Shown: one piece after another, positions 40,081 through 50,023 of the stretch | How the letters are laid out: the number at the start of each line of letters is the position of its first letter | Numbering within the stretch: the stretch's first letter is position 1 | Assembly (NCBI GenBank): GCA_943787795.1 | Contig: CALSNU010000006.1 | Span: 32,001-96,000, forward strand | Source: an uncultured bacterium | GTDB lineage: Bacteria > Planctomycetota > UBA1135 > GCA-002686595 | DNA length: 64,000 bases | Reading direction: 5' to 3' | Program-made: the position numbers and the translations under genes | Notes under the pieces: generated by a model | Told to the model about the DNA's origin: nothing | Seen by the model: only the letters and a program-made list of their open reading frames with translations | Databases searched by the model: none

Positions 40081-40563
40081 TCAGAGGGTCGCGATGGAGG
40101 TCGCCGAGAGGCGTGCGTTCCCGGCGGCGTCCGTGTGGAGCGTGCCCTTCACGCAGACCGCGGTGAGGTGGTCAAGACCGTGGGCCCCCTTGAGGCCCCA
40201 GGGGGCGGGGAAGTCCCCCTCGAGGAACTCGACGTTGATGGTCGCGGCCGCGACGTCCGTGGGGTCCTCGCAGCAGAAGTCCCAGGGCTCAGGGCACTGG
40301 TCGGTGCACGGCGCGAGTGAGTTGTCCACGAGGCGGAAGGTGGCCAGGTCGCCAAAGTCCTGGAGCTGGCCCTTCACGACGACGACCTCGCCACTTGGGG
40401 ACCGCTTGGCCTGCAGGACGTCCACGGCGCCGCTCATTGGCGCAGCCGCCCAGAGGGATTCGGGCATGGCGGAGGTCTCTTCGGCGGCGGCGGGGGCCTC
40501 CGATGAGCAGCTGGCGGTGGCGACGAGGAGGGCGAGGGCGGCGGTGGCTTGGAGGAGGTTCAT
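40081..40563 (-). CDS. Cys-rich lipoprotein, probable OB-fold
   Basis: Lipobox ATASC; VVVKG...CTDQCPEPWDFCCED...VCVKG. Confidence 0.75.
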   Translation of the reverse strand: MNLLQATAALALLVATASCSSEAPAAAEETSAMPESLWAAAPMSGAVDVLQAKRSPSGEVVVVKGQLQDFGDLATFRLVDNSLAPCTDQCPEPWDFCCEDPTDVAAATINVEFLEGDFPAPWGLKGAHGLDHLTAVCVKGTLHTDAAGNARLSATSIATL

Positions 40564-40657
40564 GACGTTCTGGGTGTTGGCCCGCTGGGGGCGCTTGGGG
40601 ACGAGAGGCAAGTGAGTGACGAGGGGCCGGGGAGCGACCTCACGGCCGCTCTCGCCA

Positions 40658-41797
40658 TCAGTCCTCCACCAGCGCGATGGCGATGGGGAGGCGGACAACG
40701 CGGAGGGCTGCGGGGATGACCCCGAGCAGGGCGATCAGGAGGGCGGATCCGAAGGCCACGAGGACCGCGACCGCGTCCGCCCGTAGCTCGAAGGCGCTCA
40801 TGGCCAGGCTAACCGAGGCGCCCGAGAGCACGAGGCGCCCGAGGGCAAGCCCGGCCAGCGCGCCAGCCGCGGCGATGACGACGGCCTCCAAGAGGAGCGA
40901 GCGCACGATGGACCAGGAGCTGAACCCGAGGGCCCTGAGCGCGGCGAGCTCGCGGATGCGATCTTGGACCGAGGCGATCGCGGTGTTCGCGCCGCCGAGC
41001 AGAGCGGCTAGCCCGATGAGGAGCGAGAGGGCCCAGGCCATGGAGCGGATGGGGCGCATGTAGTCCGCCAGCTCGGCGTAGTACTCCTCGCTCGGCACCA
41101 TCTCCAGCTCGAGGTCCAGGCGCCGATCACAGAAGAGCTTGAGGAGCTTCGCTGTGCGCTCCCCGTCGACGAGGACAAACACGCACGAGGAGTCCTCGCG
41201 CTGGGAGAGGCCGCGGAGGGGTTCCAGCGGTGTCCAGATCTCGGCCTCCAGGGTGGTCCCTGGCGCAGCAAACTGGCCGACGATGATGAGCTCCGCGCCC
41301 TCGATCACGAGCGCGCGCCCGAGCTCGAGCTTCTCCGGGGGGACGCCGGTCTGACCGGCGACGAGCCGTCCAACCATGACCTCACCGGGGCCAGGGAGCC
41401 GGCCGGCCGTGAGCGTCAGGGCTTGGTGCACCTCGTACGCTTCGTCGGTGACGCCGCGCACGAAGCCCGAGTACGCGGCGCGGTCCCCGGGGAGCAGGAC
41501 GGTGGTCCCCATGTGGATCTCGTCCGAGGCGGCGAGGATCCCTGGGACGCTGGCCTGGACCAGGGAGCCGAGTCCAGCCTGGGCGGTGGATCGTACGACA
41601 TCGCGATCGGCCACAGAGGAGAGGAGGAGCGCGGTGCGAGGGTCTGCGGCGCCTGAGAAGGTGGCCTCCAGTCCGCGCGCGAAGGCCACGGTCGCGACGA
41701 GGAGCGCCGCGACCATGGCGCTGGAGACGCCGGCCAGGAGCGTTCGGGTCGGGCGCCGGCCAAGGTTCCGTATCGAGTGTTCGAGCGGGAGTCCCAT
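40658..41797 (-). CDS. ABC transporter permease (MacB/FtsX-like)
   Basis: RNLGRRPTRT, one TM, periplasmic domain, then DRIRELAALRALGF and three TMs. Confidence 0.9.
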   Translation of the reverse strand: MGLPLEHSIRNLGRRPTRTLLAGVSSAMVAALLVATVAFARGLEATFSGAADPRTALLLSSVADRDVVRSTAQAGLGSLVQASVPGILAASDEIHMGTTVLLPGDRAAYSGFVRGVTDEAYEVHQALTLTAGRLPGPGEVMVGRLVAGQTGVPPEKLELGRALVIEGAELIIVGQFAAPGTTLEAEIWTPLEPLRGLSQREDSSCVFVLVDGERTAKLLKLFCDRRLDLELEMVPSEEYYAELADYMRPIRSMAWALSLLIGLAALLGGANTAIASVQDRIRELAALRALGFSSWSIVRSLLLEAVVIAAAGALAGLALGRLVLSGASVSLAMSAFELRADAVAVLVAFGSALLIALLGVIPAALRVVRLPIAIALVED

Positions 41798-41798
41798 G

Positions 41799-42935
41799 TC
41801 AGCTCACCAGGGACTGGACGATGCCGGCGCGTGCGCTGCGGATGGCCGGCAGGACGCCGGCTGCGATGCCCGTGACGAGCGCCAGCAGGAAGCCGTTGCC
41901 GATGAGCCCGGGCGTGACCATGAACTCGATGGAGACGCCCTCGCTGCCGATGGTCGGGTGGAAGGTGGTGAGGAGCAACAACGCGCCGCCGACTCCGACG
42001 GCGGCGCCGGTCAGCGAGAGCGCCAGCGCTTCTCCGAGCACGAGGCTCGCGATGTGGCTCTCTCTGAAGCCGATGGCCCTGAGCACGGCGGTCTCGCGTA
42101 CACGCTCCTGCGCGGCGATGATGACCGTGTTGGCCACGAGGGACAGGACCACCACGATGCAGGCCAGCCCGAGGAGCCGACCGAAGCGCAGGATCTCGCG
42201 GAGGTCCCGGGTGGCGCTCTCGAGGTAGGCGACCCTCGGCCGGGTGTCGGTCGGGGACTCGGCGGTGGCGAAGCCCTCGTCGATCTCGGCGCCGACGACG
42301 GCGGGGTCGGCTCGCTCATGGACCAGCACCTCGAACTGGGTGACCGTGCCGAGGCGATTGACGGGGCCGGCGCGCTGGAGGTACTCGAGGTGCGTCAGGA
42401 CCAGGGACTCCTGGGTGGAGTCGGGGGAGGCGACGATGGCGGCGACCTTCACGTCGATCTCGCCGAATCGAAATCGATCGCCGACGGAAAGACCCTTCCG
42501 AATCGCGAAGGTCTGACCGACCAGGGCCGAGTCCTTCTCGCGCTCGAACGTCGCCAGATCTCCGGAGATCGCCTCGAGGTCGCGCTGGGCCAGGAGGTCG
42601 GCCGCCGGCGCTCCCTGGAAGGTGACGAGGTCCAGGCTCGCGCGGCAGTTGTTGAGGAAGACCTTGACCGGCAGGACCTGCTCGACGCCCTCCACGTCTT
42701 CGATGCGGCGGGTGTAGGACTCCGGCAGGAACGAGGTCTGGGGGCAGTACCTGTTATCCCTGAAGACCACGAGAGTCCGCGCCGCATCGGTGGCGTCCAT
42801 CGCCCTCGACAACCCGGTCCCGAGGCTCTCCACGAGCACCAGGAGGGCCAGCGCGCTGGCCACCCCGAGGACCGTGAGGACCGTTCGGCCCAGGCGGCGC
42901 CGCATGTTGCGGACGACAAGGAGCAGGACCTTCAC
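41799..42935 (-). CDS. ABC transporter permease (MacB/FtsX-like) with periplasmic Cys motifs
   Basis: RNMRRRLGRT and ERVRETAVLRAIGF; NRYCP and NNCRASLD in the periplasmic part. Confidence 0.9.
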   Translation of the reverse strand: MKVLLLVVRNMRRRLGRTVLTVLGVASALALLVLVESLGTGLSRAMDATDAARTLVVFRDNRYCPQTSFLPESYTRRIEDVEGVEQVLPVKVFLNNCRASLDLVTFQGAPAADLLAQRDLEAISGDLATFEREKDSALVGQTFAIRKGLSVGDRFRFGEIDVKVAAIVASPDSTQESLVLTHLEYLQRAGPVNRLGTVTQFEVLVHERADPAVVGAEIDEGFATAESPTDTRPRVAYLESATRDLREILRFGRLLGLACIVVVLSLVANTVIIAAQERVRETAVLRAIGFRESHIASLVLGEALALSLTGAAVGVGGALLLLTTFHPTIGSEGVSIEFMVTPGLIGNGFLLALVTGIAAGVLPAIRSARAGIVQSLVS

Positions 42936-43630
42936 GGGGTCACCTCTTGCGCGGGTTCTGCCTCGACGAGCTTCCCTCGCTCCAGCCGGTAGACGCGGGT
43001 GCCGACCTGGGCCGCCCGCTCGTCGTGGGTGACCATGACAATGGTCTTGCCTTGCTCCTGATTGAGGCGCTGGAGGAGCCGCAGAATGCCCTCGGCCGAC
43101 TCGGCGTCGAGGCTCCCTGTGGGCTCGTCGGCGACCAGCAGCTCCGGGTCAGCGACCAGAGCCCTCGCGATGGCCACGCGCTGCTCCTGCCCACCGGACA
43201 GCTGCTTGGGGAGGTGCGTCGCGCGGTCTGTCAGTCCCACGGCGGCGAGCGCCAGCTCCACCCGCCGGTGCCGGTCAGCGCGCGTCAGCTTCTGGAGCCA
43301 AAGGGGCAGCTCCACGTTCTCATACGCGGTGAGGACCGGGACGAGGTGGGCGCGCTGGAAGATGTAGCCGACGGTTCGGGCGCGCCAGCGCGCGAGCTTC
43401 GAGGCACGCGTGCCGCCCACGTCCTGGCCGCCCACGCGCACGCTCCCCTCGTCTGGCCGGTCAATCCCGGCCAGGAGGTTGAGGAGCGTCGTCTTGCCTG
43501 AGCCTGACGGGCCAAGCAGCACGAGGAAGTCACCGGTCGCGACGTCGAGGTCGACGTCATCGAGGGGGGTCACGGCGTGACCCCCCTTGAGGTAGCGGCG
43601 CGTGACGCCGCGGAGTTCGATGAAGCTCAT
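42932..43630 (-). CDS. ABC transporter ATP-binding protein (LolD/MacB-like)
   Basis: [25 protein letters not shown] and VTHD motifs. Confidence 0.95.
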   Translation of the reverse strand: MSFIELRGVTRRYLKGGHAVTPLDDVDLDVATGDFLVLLGPSGSGKTTLLNLLAGIDRPDEGSVRVGGQDVGGTRASKLARWRARTVGYIFQRAHLVPVLTAYENVELPLWLQKLTRADRHRRVELALAAVGLTDRATHLPKQLSGGQEQRVAIARALVADPELLVADEPTGSLDAESAEGILRLLQRLNQEQGKTIVMVTHDERAAQVGTRVYRLERGKLVEAEPAQEVTP

Positions 43631-45204
43631 GGTGACTCTCCTCCGGCAGCGGTGCCGGCCTGTTGGTTGAGGGCGATAGGGACGCCCGTTGGTGGGGCGT
43701 CCGCCGGGAGGAGCGCGCGGCCGCCATCAATGAGCTCCATGGTCCAGTCCAGGCCGTCGAGGACCTCGATCAGCCGCTGGCCGTCGGGGCCACGTTGCTC
43801 GGCGCCGGTCCGCACCTGCTGCCGTACGGCCAGGTCGCCGTCGGGCTCGTGGACCCAGATGGCGCCGTCTCGCACGAGCTCGGCGGGGACGGCGAGGCGG
43901 CGGGCGGCGCGCTCGGCCGTGCCCCCTGGGGAGCTGGCCCCAGGGTCCTCGGAGCTCGAGAAGAAACGAACCTGCGCCAGCATGTCGGGGCGCAAGAGGT
44001 CGTCGGCGTCAAGGACGCGCACCTGGACCTCGAGGGTCACCTTCTGGATATCGGCGAGCTGGACGATGCGCAGGATCTGACCCGCGTAGGGAAGGGAGGG
44101 CCGGGAGTCGGCCAGGACCTCCGCCTCTTGCCCTGCGGCCAAGGCGCCGACGTCGGTCTGCGGTACGTCGACGCGCACGCGCAGGGTCGTGGGGTCGTAC
44201 AGGGAGCAGACGGGCCCGCCAGCCTCCAGCTCATCGCCGGTGACCGCGAGGCGCTCCAGGACGATCCCGTCTTGCGGGGCGCGAACCACCATCCGCCCGA
44301 GCGCAAGCTCAGCCTCCGCCAGCGACGCCTTGGCCTCGTTCACGGTGCCCCGGGCGCGGGCGAGTCGCGCTTGGCCCGTGTCGATCATGCGCTGCTCCTC
44401 AAAGCGAAGCTCCAGGTGGCGCTCAGCTCTCGTGAGGTCCGCGGCCGCCTCGATGGCAGCCGCGCTGGCGAGCGCCGCTGCGGCACGCAGGGCCGAGAGC
44501 CGCCCGGAGGCCACCTCTAGGCCCGCGACGGCGATCTCGACCTGGCGGGGCCCTGAGGTCCCCGCGGCCGCCAGCTCCTGCTGGACCACGACCTCGCTCT
44601 CGGCGAGCGACACCTCCGCGAGGCCGCCACGGACGGCGGCAGCGGCCTCCGCCGCAGCCGCCACGCGCCCGGTGTGGCGGGCTCGCGCAGCGTCGCATGC
44701 CGCGGTGACCTCGATGGCAGCCTCGTAGCTCGCCTCGGAGATGCGGAGTTCAGCTGCGGCGAGGTCCACCTCGGCCTCCGCGACAGCGAGCCTGGCGCGC
44801 GCACGGTCCCGCGAGATGCGAGCGTCGTCGTCGATCATCCGGGCGATGGGCTGCCCCGCCTTCACCTTGTCGGATTCCTGCACCAACACCTCGCGGACGA
44901 TGCCCGCAGAGAGCGCCGGTGCGTGCACGGGGAACGGGTCGGGTTCGATCCATCCCGCCGCCTGGGTCAGGAGGGTGCGTTGAGTCACTCTCTCGCCCGG
45001 TCCCTCCAGGCGCACAGGGCGGGTCAAGGTGACGGGGATACGCTCGGTGAGTAGCTCCACGAGGGCGTCACGGAGGATGAAGGCGAAGGCGCCGAGGAGC
45101 GCCAGGGGCACCAAGGCGCGCACCCAGCCCCTTCGCGGGGGCTGGATTGAGGGCACGCTCCGAGAGAGCCCGGCGAGGTCCACGTCTTGATCGACCGAGC
45201 TCAT
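43627..45204 (-). CDS. Periplasmic adaptor / membrane fusion protein (HlyD-like)
   Basis: N-terminal TM, lipoyl half motifs (GIVREVLVQESDKVKAGQ; VRAPQDGIV), long coiled coil and LLRPDM. Confidence 0.9.
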   Translation of the reverse strand: MSSVDQDVDLAGLSRSVPSIQPPRRGWVRALVPLALLGAFAFILRDALVELLTERIPVTLTRPVRLEGPGERVTQRTLLTQAAGWIEPDPFPVHAPALSAGIVREVLVQESDKVKAGQPIARMIDDDARISRDRARARLAVAEAEVDLAAAELRISEASYEAAIEVTAACDAARARHTGRVAAAAEAAAAVRGGLAEVSLAESEVVVQQELAAAGTSGPRQVEIAVAGLEVASGRLSALRAAAALASAAAIEAAADLTRAERHLELRFEEQRMIDTGQARLARARGTVNEAKASLAEAELALGRMVVRAPQDGIVLERLAVTGDELEAGGPVCSLYDPTTLRVRVDVPQTDVGALAAGQEAEVLADSRPSLPYAGQILRIVQLADIQKVTLEVQVRVLDADDLLRPDMLAQVRFFSSSEDPGASSPGGTAERAARRLAVPAELVRDGAIWVHEPDGDLAVRQQVRTGAEQRGPDGQRLIEVLDGLDWTMELIDGGRALLPADAPPTGVPIALNQQAGTAAGGESP

Positions 45205-46592
45205 CGTGAGCCCTCCATGAAGAGGGGGGCGGCCATGGGGCCACGAGACGCCACCAGGTCCAAGGCTGCCAGGTCACTGCGCTCCCAGTCGTCGATGTCC
45301 CATGTGGCCCGCATGGACAGTCGTCGGAGCGCACCGGTCCACTGCTCCAGGGGAGTGCGCTGGACACGGAAGGCGGCCCTGGCTGCCTCCCAATCGCCAA
45401 GCAACGACTTCACGACGTCGGCCGACGCGCCTTCGACGCGTGAGTCCGCCTGGCGTACCCGTGTCAGGGCGTCGATCTCTGCCGTCTGGAGGAGGTGTAG
45501 CTGATCTTCGTAGGCCGCGAGGGCGGCGTCGCGGCGTTCGATTGCGGCGGCGAGCCGACCCTCCCAGCTCGAGGGGAAGGGGACGGTGATTCGCAGGACC
45601 CCGCCGATCTGGGTTGGATCCAGGAACCCGAGGCGTGGGCCCAGAGCGACCCCCGGCCAGGCGTCCGCGGCAGCCTGGCGAACCTGGCTCTCCCGGAGTT
45701 CGAAGGTGCGCTGAGCCACCCGCAGGCTGGGATGGGACTCGAGGTGTTCATCGAGGTCGAACCAGGTGCCCGGCTCGGCCGGGCCCAGAGCTTCGGGCGC
45801 AGGGATCACCGGAGCTGCTCCGGCGAGGTCTCGCTGAGGGTCGAGGCCGACCACGGCGGCGAGGCCGGCGCGGGCGCGCGAGGCCTCGTCCGCCGCGAGT
45901 GAGAGACGCCGGGTGAGCTCGGCGGCCGCTCCTTCGGCCGCCTCCGAATGGGTCCGACCGATGCGGCCCTCACGGGTGAGGATCTGGACTCTTTGGAGGT
46001 CCCTGTCGGCTTGCTGGCCGATTTGAGCGAGGCGGTCTGTCCGTATCGCTGCCGCCTGCCACTGGACAAGCGCTCGTTCGGCGTCGAGCCAGGCGCGCCA
46101 AGCGGCGTCCTCGAGCGCGGCGCGAGCGGCCTCCACCTGGGCCTCCGCGACGGCCTCATCGGCGCCGGAAGGTCCGAGCCCGAGGAGTCCGATCAGGTCG
46201 AAGGCGGCCAGGGCATTCACAAGGTCGGAGTCGCCGCTGAAGTCCTGGTCGATGACCTGGATGCCGACGGGTGCGGGGGCGCCAGCGCTCTGCTGCTCGC
46301 CGCGGGCAGCGGCCAGTTCGCGCCGTGCGGCCCGTACCTCGGGCGCCCAGGCGGCGGCGCGGAGGTACCAGTAGCCTGATTGGTCAGGGCGCGCGCAAGC
46401 CTCGGGTCCCGGGCTCGCAAGCAGGCTCCCGGGGAGATCGGTCGCCAGGGAGAGCTCGAGGGGTGGGCTCGCGTCCGCGCGGGCCCCGAGTGCGGCGCGG
46501 GCGCTCCCCTCGTCGAGGAATACAGGGTCAGGCGTGGCGCAGGCGAGCGCGCTGAGCGCTGCCAACGGGCCGACGATGGTCGGGCGGGTCAT
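45201..46592 (-). CDS. TolC-family outer membrane efflux lipoprotein
   Basis: Lipobox SALAC; two helical repeats (APEVRAARREL; HPSLRVAQ...AWPGVALG); first gene before the adaptor. Confidence 0.75.
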   Translation of the reverse strand: MTRPTIVGPLAALSALACATPDPVFLDEGSARAALGARADASPPLELSLATDLPGSLLASPGPEACARPDQSGYWYLRAAAWAPEVRAARRELAAARGEQQSAGAPAPVGIQVIDQDFSGDSDLVNALAAFDLIGLLGLGPSGADEAVAEAQVEAARAALEDAAWRAWLDAERALVQWQAAAIRTDRLAQIGQQADRDLQRVQILTREGRIGRTHSEAAEGAAAELTRRLSLAADEASRARAGLAAVVGLDPQRDLAGAAPVIPAPEALGPAEPGTWFDLDEHLESHPSLRVAQRTFELRESQVRQAAADAWPGVALGPRLGFLDPTQIGGVLRITVPFPSSWEGRLAAAIERRDAALAAYEDQLHLLQTAEIDALTRVRQADSRVEGASADVVKSLLGDWEAARAAFRVQRTPLEQWTGALRRLSMRATWDIDDWERSDLAALDLVASRGPMAAPLFMEGSR

Positions 46593-46664
46593 CTGGCTAC
46601 GGGTTGAAGAATCGGGACACCTTGGAGGCGAGGCGCATGACAGGTCACGCGCGGGTCCCGAGCA

Positions 46665-47111
46665 TCAAATTCGTAGCGGACGGACGCCGGGTAGCAGCCC
46701 GGCGTTGGGGCGTTCCTTGGGCGGTGGCGGCCGGATGAACCCGCTGCTGCCCCGCAGGGACGACGGCTTGAGAGCGGCGGACGCGACGGTCATCACGCCC
46801 GGCGCGGCGGGGGCGAACTCGCCGACCGGACCGTCCACGGCGGCGAGGAGGACCTCGTCAAGCTCGACCTCCAGGCAGCCACCGCAGTCCCCGGACTCGC
46901 CACAGCAGCCGGCGCTGAGCCAGCCTCCGTCGCATGCCGTCCCGCCCATGCCTGCGGCCTCGCCAGCGGGCGGTGCACCGCAGCAGCTCATCGTCACCGG
47001 TGCCGAGGGCTCTGCGTCGCAGAGGCAGATCACGAAGCCCGAGGCGGGCGTCAGGATCAGCCCTGGCAGGGCCAGGATCAGCAGGGTCAGAGCTCGGAGG
47101 TGCTGCAGCAT
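46665..47111 (-). CDS. Small Cys-rich exported protein / putative leader ORF with RPPP motif
   Basis: Hydrophobic N-terminus, nine Cys (CLC, CC, C, CC, CGGC), Pro/Ala linker and C-terminus RPPPP...PLRI. Confidence 0.7.
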   Translation of the reverse strand: MLQHLRALTLLILALPGLILTPASGFVICLCDAEPSAPVTMSCCGAPPAGEAAGMGGTACDGGWLSAGCCGESGDCGGCLEVELDEVLLAAVDGPVGEFAPAAPGVMTVASAALKPSSLRGSSGFIRPPPPKERPNAGLLPGVRPLRI

Positions 47112-47257
47112 GGGAAAGAGTGCGGACGCATGGGCGGCCGCGCGCCGTTCATCAGGGATAGATCGGCCACGGATGGGTAGCAAGCAGAAACTAGTGCCGG
47201 ATTCGCCACGTGGAGGCGTGGGGCCTCCTGCGGGGGGGCTCGGGGTCCCGATACGAC

Positions 47258-49711
47258 TCAGCGCCGGCTCCGCCGTGAGCCCATGAGCTCCGCCACGGTT
47301 CGGACCTCAGGGGACGCTCCGGCGCTCTCGATGGCGTCGATCGTGTCCACGCAGGCCTGGATCTGCTTCTCGAGATTGCGCGCCTCGCGGTGCGCCCGAA
47401 GGCGCTTCTTGAGATCGCGTAGCTGGGGCAGGACCGGGCGCGCCGCACCCCCGTACTGCTGAAGCGCCTTCATACAGCGGAGGATGCGGTCCTGCTTTCC
47501 CCACTTGTCGATCTCGGTCACGAGGATGCAGAGCTCCATGCCCTCGGCGATGCGGTTCGCTGCCAGGAAGTCGAGGCCGGCGAGGCGGACGCCGTTCGAG
47601 AACATCACGCCGCTTGGGGACGGCGTGCGCACGGCCTCGACGAGCTGGGGAAGGAGGGGTTTGAGCTCCTCGAGGGTCATGAGCTTGAAGATGGTGCCCA
47701 TGGCCCCGCGGGCCCGACCGTCGTCGTTGAGCAGCAGCCGCTCGATGACGGGCAGGAGATCCGAGCGGTCGACGTCCCCGAGGTTCTTGGAGAGCAGGCC
47801 CCGCATTCCGAGCGCGCCGCCGGGATAGAAGAGGCAGAAGGCGAGGTACCTCTGGGTGATCTCGCGCGGGTCCTCGTCCTCTTCCAGCAGCGCCAGCTCC
47901 AGCATGTCTGGGATGGCCTTACGGGCGCGGTTGCCAAGGGCAGACAGGGCGTAGGCGGCCTGGATCCTCAGCCAGACATCGTCTGACTGCAGGCAGCGAC
48001 GAAGCTCTGGGAGCGCGGCCGCGGCCTTCGCACCGAGCTCGGAGATGGCCTGGCAGGCGCCGTACCTGACGTCGAGCCGCCTGGACTTGAGCATCACGCG
48101 CAGCTCGGCGGTTGGCGTGTCGCCGCTGCTGGCGAGGGCCTTGGCCGCCCTTGACCGGACCGCGGGGGACCAGCTCTTGAGGTCGCGCATGAGCTCTGCC
48201 GGTCGCTTCTCGGCGTAGTGCTCCGAGCCCTTGGACCAGGAGTCGAAGCCTCGTCCAGCCTCGATGGTGTCGGTCAGCTCGTCGCCCACGAGTCGGTTCT
48301 TCTTGTTGACCCCCCGTCCGGTGATGAAGAGCTCCTGCTTGTGGAAGGTGTTGGCGAGCACGAAGGCTCCGGTGCAGTCCCACTTGCCGTACTTGTGCTC
48401 CCCGCCAGACATCCCCGCGCCTCCCTGGTAGGGGAAGCTGCCGTCGTGGGCCCTGGCGAGGTCGTAGTACCAGCGCTGCTCACGGAGGAAGGCGCTCAGG
48501 GCCTCCTGGCCCACCCGATTGGCGCCGATGGGGCCCCACAGGAAGCTGAAGTAGTTGCCCGTGTGCCCCTGCTCGCGCTCGTCGTAGGACGCAACCGCCA
48601 TGCGGCCGAAGAAGGCGGCCTCCTCGTCCATGCCCTGGAGGTCGAAGATCAGCGCGGCCAGGGAGTTCTTCCCGTTGTCGTCATGGCTGTCCCAGCCAGG
48701 CCGGTGGTCGCCGTAAGGGATGGCCCCCTTGCCCGTGTAGAAGCTGGCGAAGAGGTTCGCGCGCTGGATGGCCTCGGCGATCTCGCGGTCCTTGACACCG
48801 CACTTCTCTGCGAGGATGAGGGCGAGGTGGCATACCAGGCCGGCCTGGTTGACCGCGCCGTATCCGCCGAGGGACCCGTGTAGCTGCCCGTCGTTGAGGT
48901 CGGGCCATGCCATGCCGTGACCCCAGGTCCCCACGCGGCTCTGGCCGCGAGCGATGGTGCCGGTGTACTCGGCGATGGCGGGGAGCACCTGGCGGTCCTT
49001 GGTCGCGAGGTAGTACTCACAGAGGAAGACCGCCCGGTAGCCCCACTCCCAGGCCAGAAGCCCGGACGTCCTCCCCTCCAGCGTCAGCTCGGTGTCCGGG
49101 CGCCCGACCTTCCTCGCCAGGTCACGCACCGCGCCGGCGTGGCGCCGATCCCCGTTGGCGAGGAGCGCGAGCGCGTTCATCATGCCGTCGATGCCGCCCT
49201 TCATGTTCGCGGCCATGTGGTCGCAGGCGGCGTCGAGGATCTTGCGCGACTTGGCGCAGTCGAAGGGCGCGGTGGGCTCGTACTCGCCCAGGATCGGGAG
49301 CTTGAGTCGGACGGACTGGACCTTGCCCTTCCGCCACCGCTTCAGGTCAAGGCGGCCCTTGCCCTTGGCGGACTCCGCGGCGCCGATAGCCAACCCGAGG
49401 GCGGCCCGGGGGTCGGCGGAGAAGAGCGAGCTGCCCACGCCGACGATCACGTCGCCCGGCTCCAGCTTGCCCTCGGCGGGCGAGCCGCCGGCGACCTCGG
49501 TGATAAGGATCTGCCGTGCATCGGTGGTCTCGAGCTTCCAGCCCCAGATCCACCCGCGGGCGCCGGTGGGTCCGAGGGTCCAGTCGTGCTTGTCGTCCCG
49601 TTCGTCGCCTGCGGTCAGGTCGGGGACCGCAGGCTTGTTGCGCTGAGCGGCGGTCTCTGCAGCTCCGAGGAGCGGGAGGACAAGGAGCAGACAAGTTCGC
49701 AGGTGGACCAT
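47258..49711 (-). CDS. DUF6288-like protein (PDZ + helical barrel + HEAT repeats)
   Basis: Signal peptide; WTLGPTGARGW, GSPAEGKLEPGDVI, GYGAVNQAG, GAIPYGDH and GHTGNYFS; HEAT repeats. Confidence 0.75.
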   Translation of the reverse strand: MVHLRTCLLLVLPLLGAAETAAQRNKPAVPDLTAGDERDDKHDWTLGPTGARGWIWGWKLETTDARQILITEVAGGSPAEGKLEPGDVIVGVGSSLFSADPRAALGLAIGAAESAKGKGRLDLKRWRKGKVQSVRLKLPILGEYEPTAPFDCAKSRKILDAACDHMAANMKGGIDGMMNALALLANGDRRHAGAVRDLARKVGRPDTELTLEGRTSGLLAWEWGYRAVFLCEYYLATKDRQVLPAIAEYTGTIARGQSRVGTWGHGMAWPDLNDGQLHGSLGGYGAVNQAGLVCHLALILAEKCGVKDREIAEAIQRANLFASFYTGKGAIPYGDHRPGWDSHDDNGKNSLAALIFDLQGMDEEAAFFGRMAVASYDEREQGHTGNYFSFLWGPIGANRVGQEALSAFLREQRWYYDLARAHDGSFPYQGGAGMSGGEHKYGKWDCTGAFVLANTFHKQELFITGRGVNKKNRLVGDELTDTIEAGRGFDSWSKGSEHYAEKRPAELMRDLKSWSPAVRSRAAKALASSGDTPTAELRVMLKSRRLDVRYGACQAISELGAKAAAALPELRRCLQSDDVWLRIQAAYALSALGNRARKAIPDMLELALLEEDEDPREITQRYLAFCLFYPGGALGMRGLLSKNLGDVDRSDLLPVIERLLLNDDGRARGAMGTIFKLMTLEELKPLLPQLVEAVRTPSPSGVMFSNGVRLAGLDFLAANRIAEGMELCILVTEIDKWGKQDRILRCMKALQQYGGAARPVLPQLRDLKKRLRAHREARNLEKQIQACVDTIDAIESAGASPEVRTVAELMGSRRSRR

Positions 49712-50023
49712 GGTGACGATTCTCGGGAGGGGGCACTCACGCCAATGGGGCCGTGTGGTGCCCGCGCGAACGGGGATAGTGTGCCCTCTGTCACCGCCCA
49801 CGGTCCAACGCGCACAGCTGCCCCTTCGCGGCTGGCTCCATCGAGCAGGTCCGGTGCGCGGTCGCGTTGGGCCGATCGCGTCCTCGCCTCCCTGGGCCCC
49901 GCGTAGAGTCCTGGCCTCCCCACGGGGCGCCGAGACGGCGCGGAGAGAAGAGGCGCGGGAGAACGAGCGCGGAGAGTAGGGGCGCTGAGGTCGCGCGCGG
50001 GGAGGGGCGTCCAGCGGGCGGAC

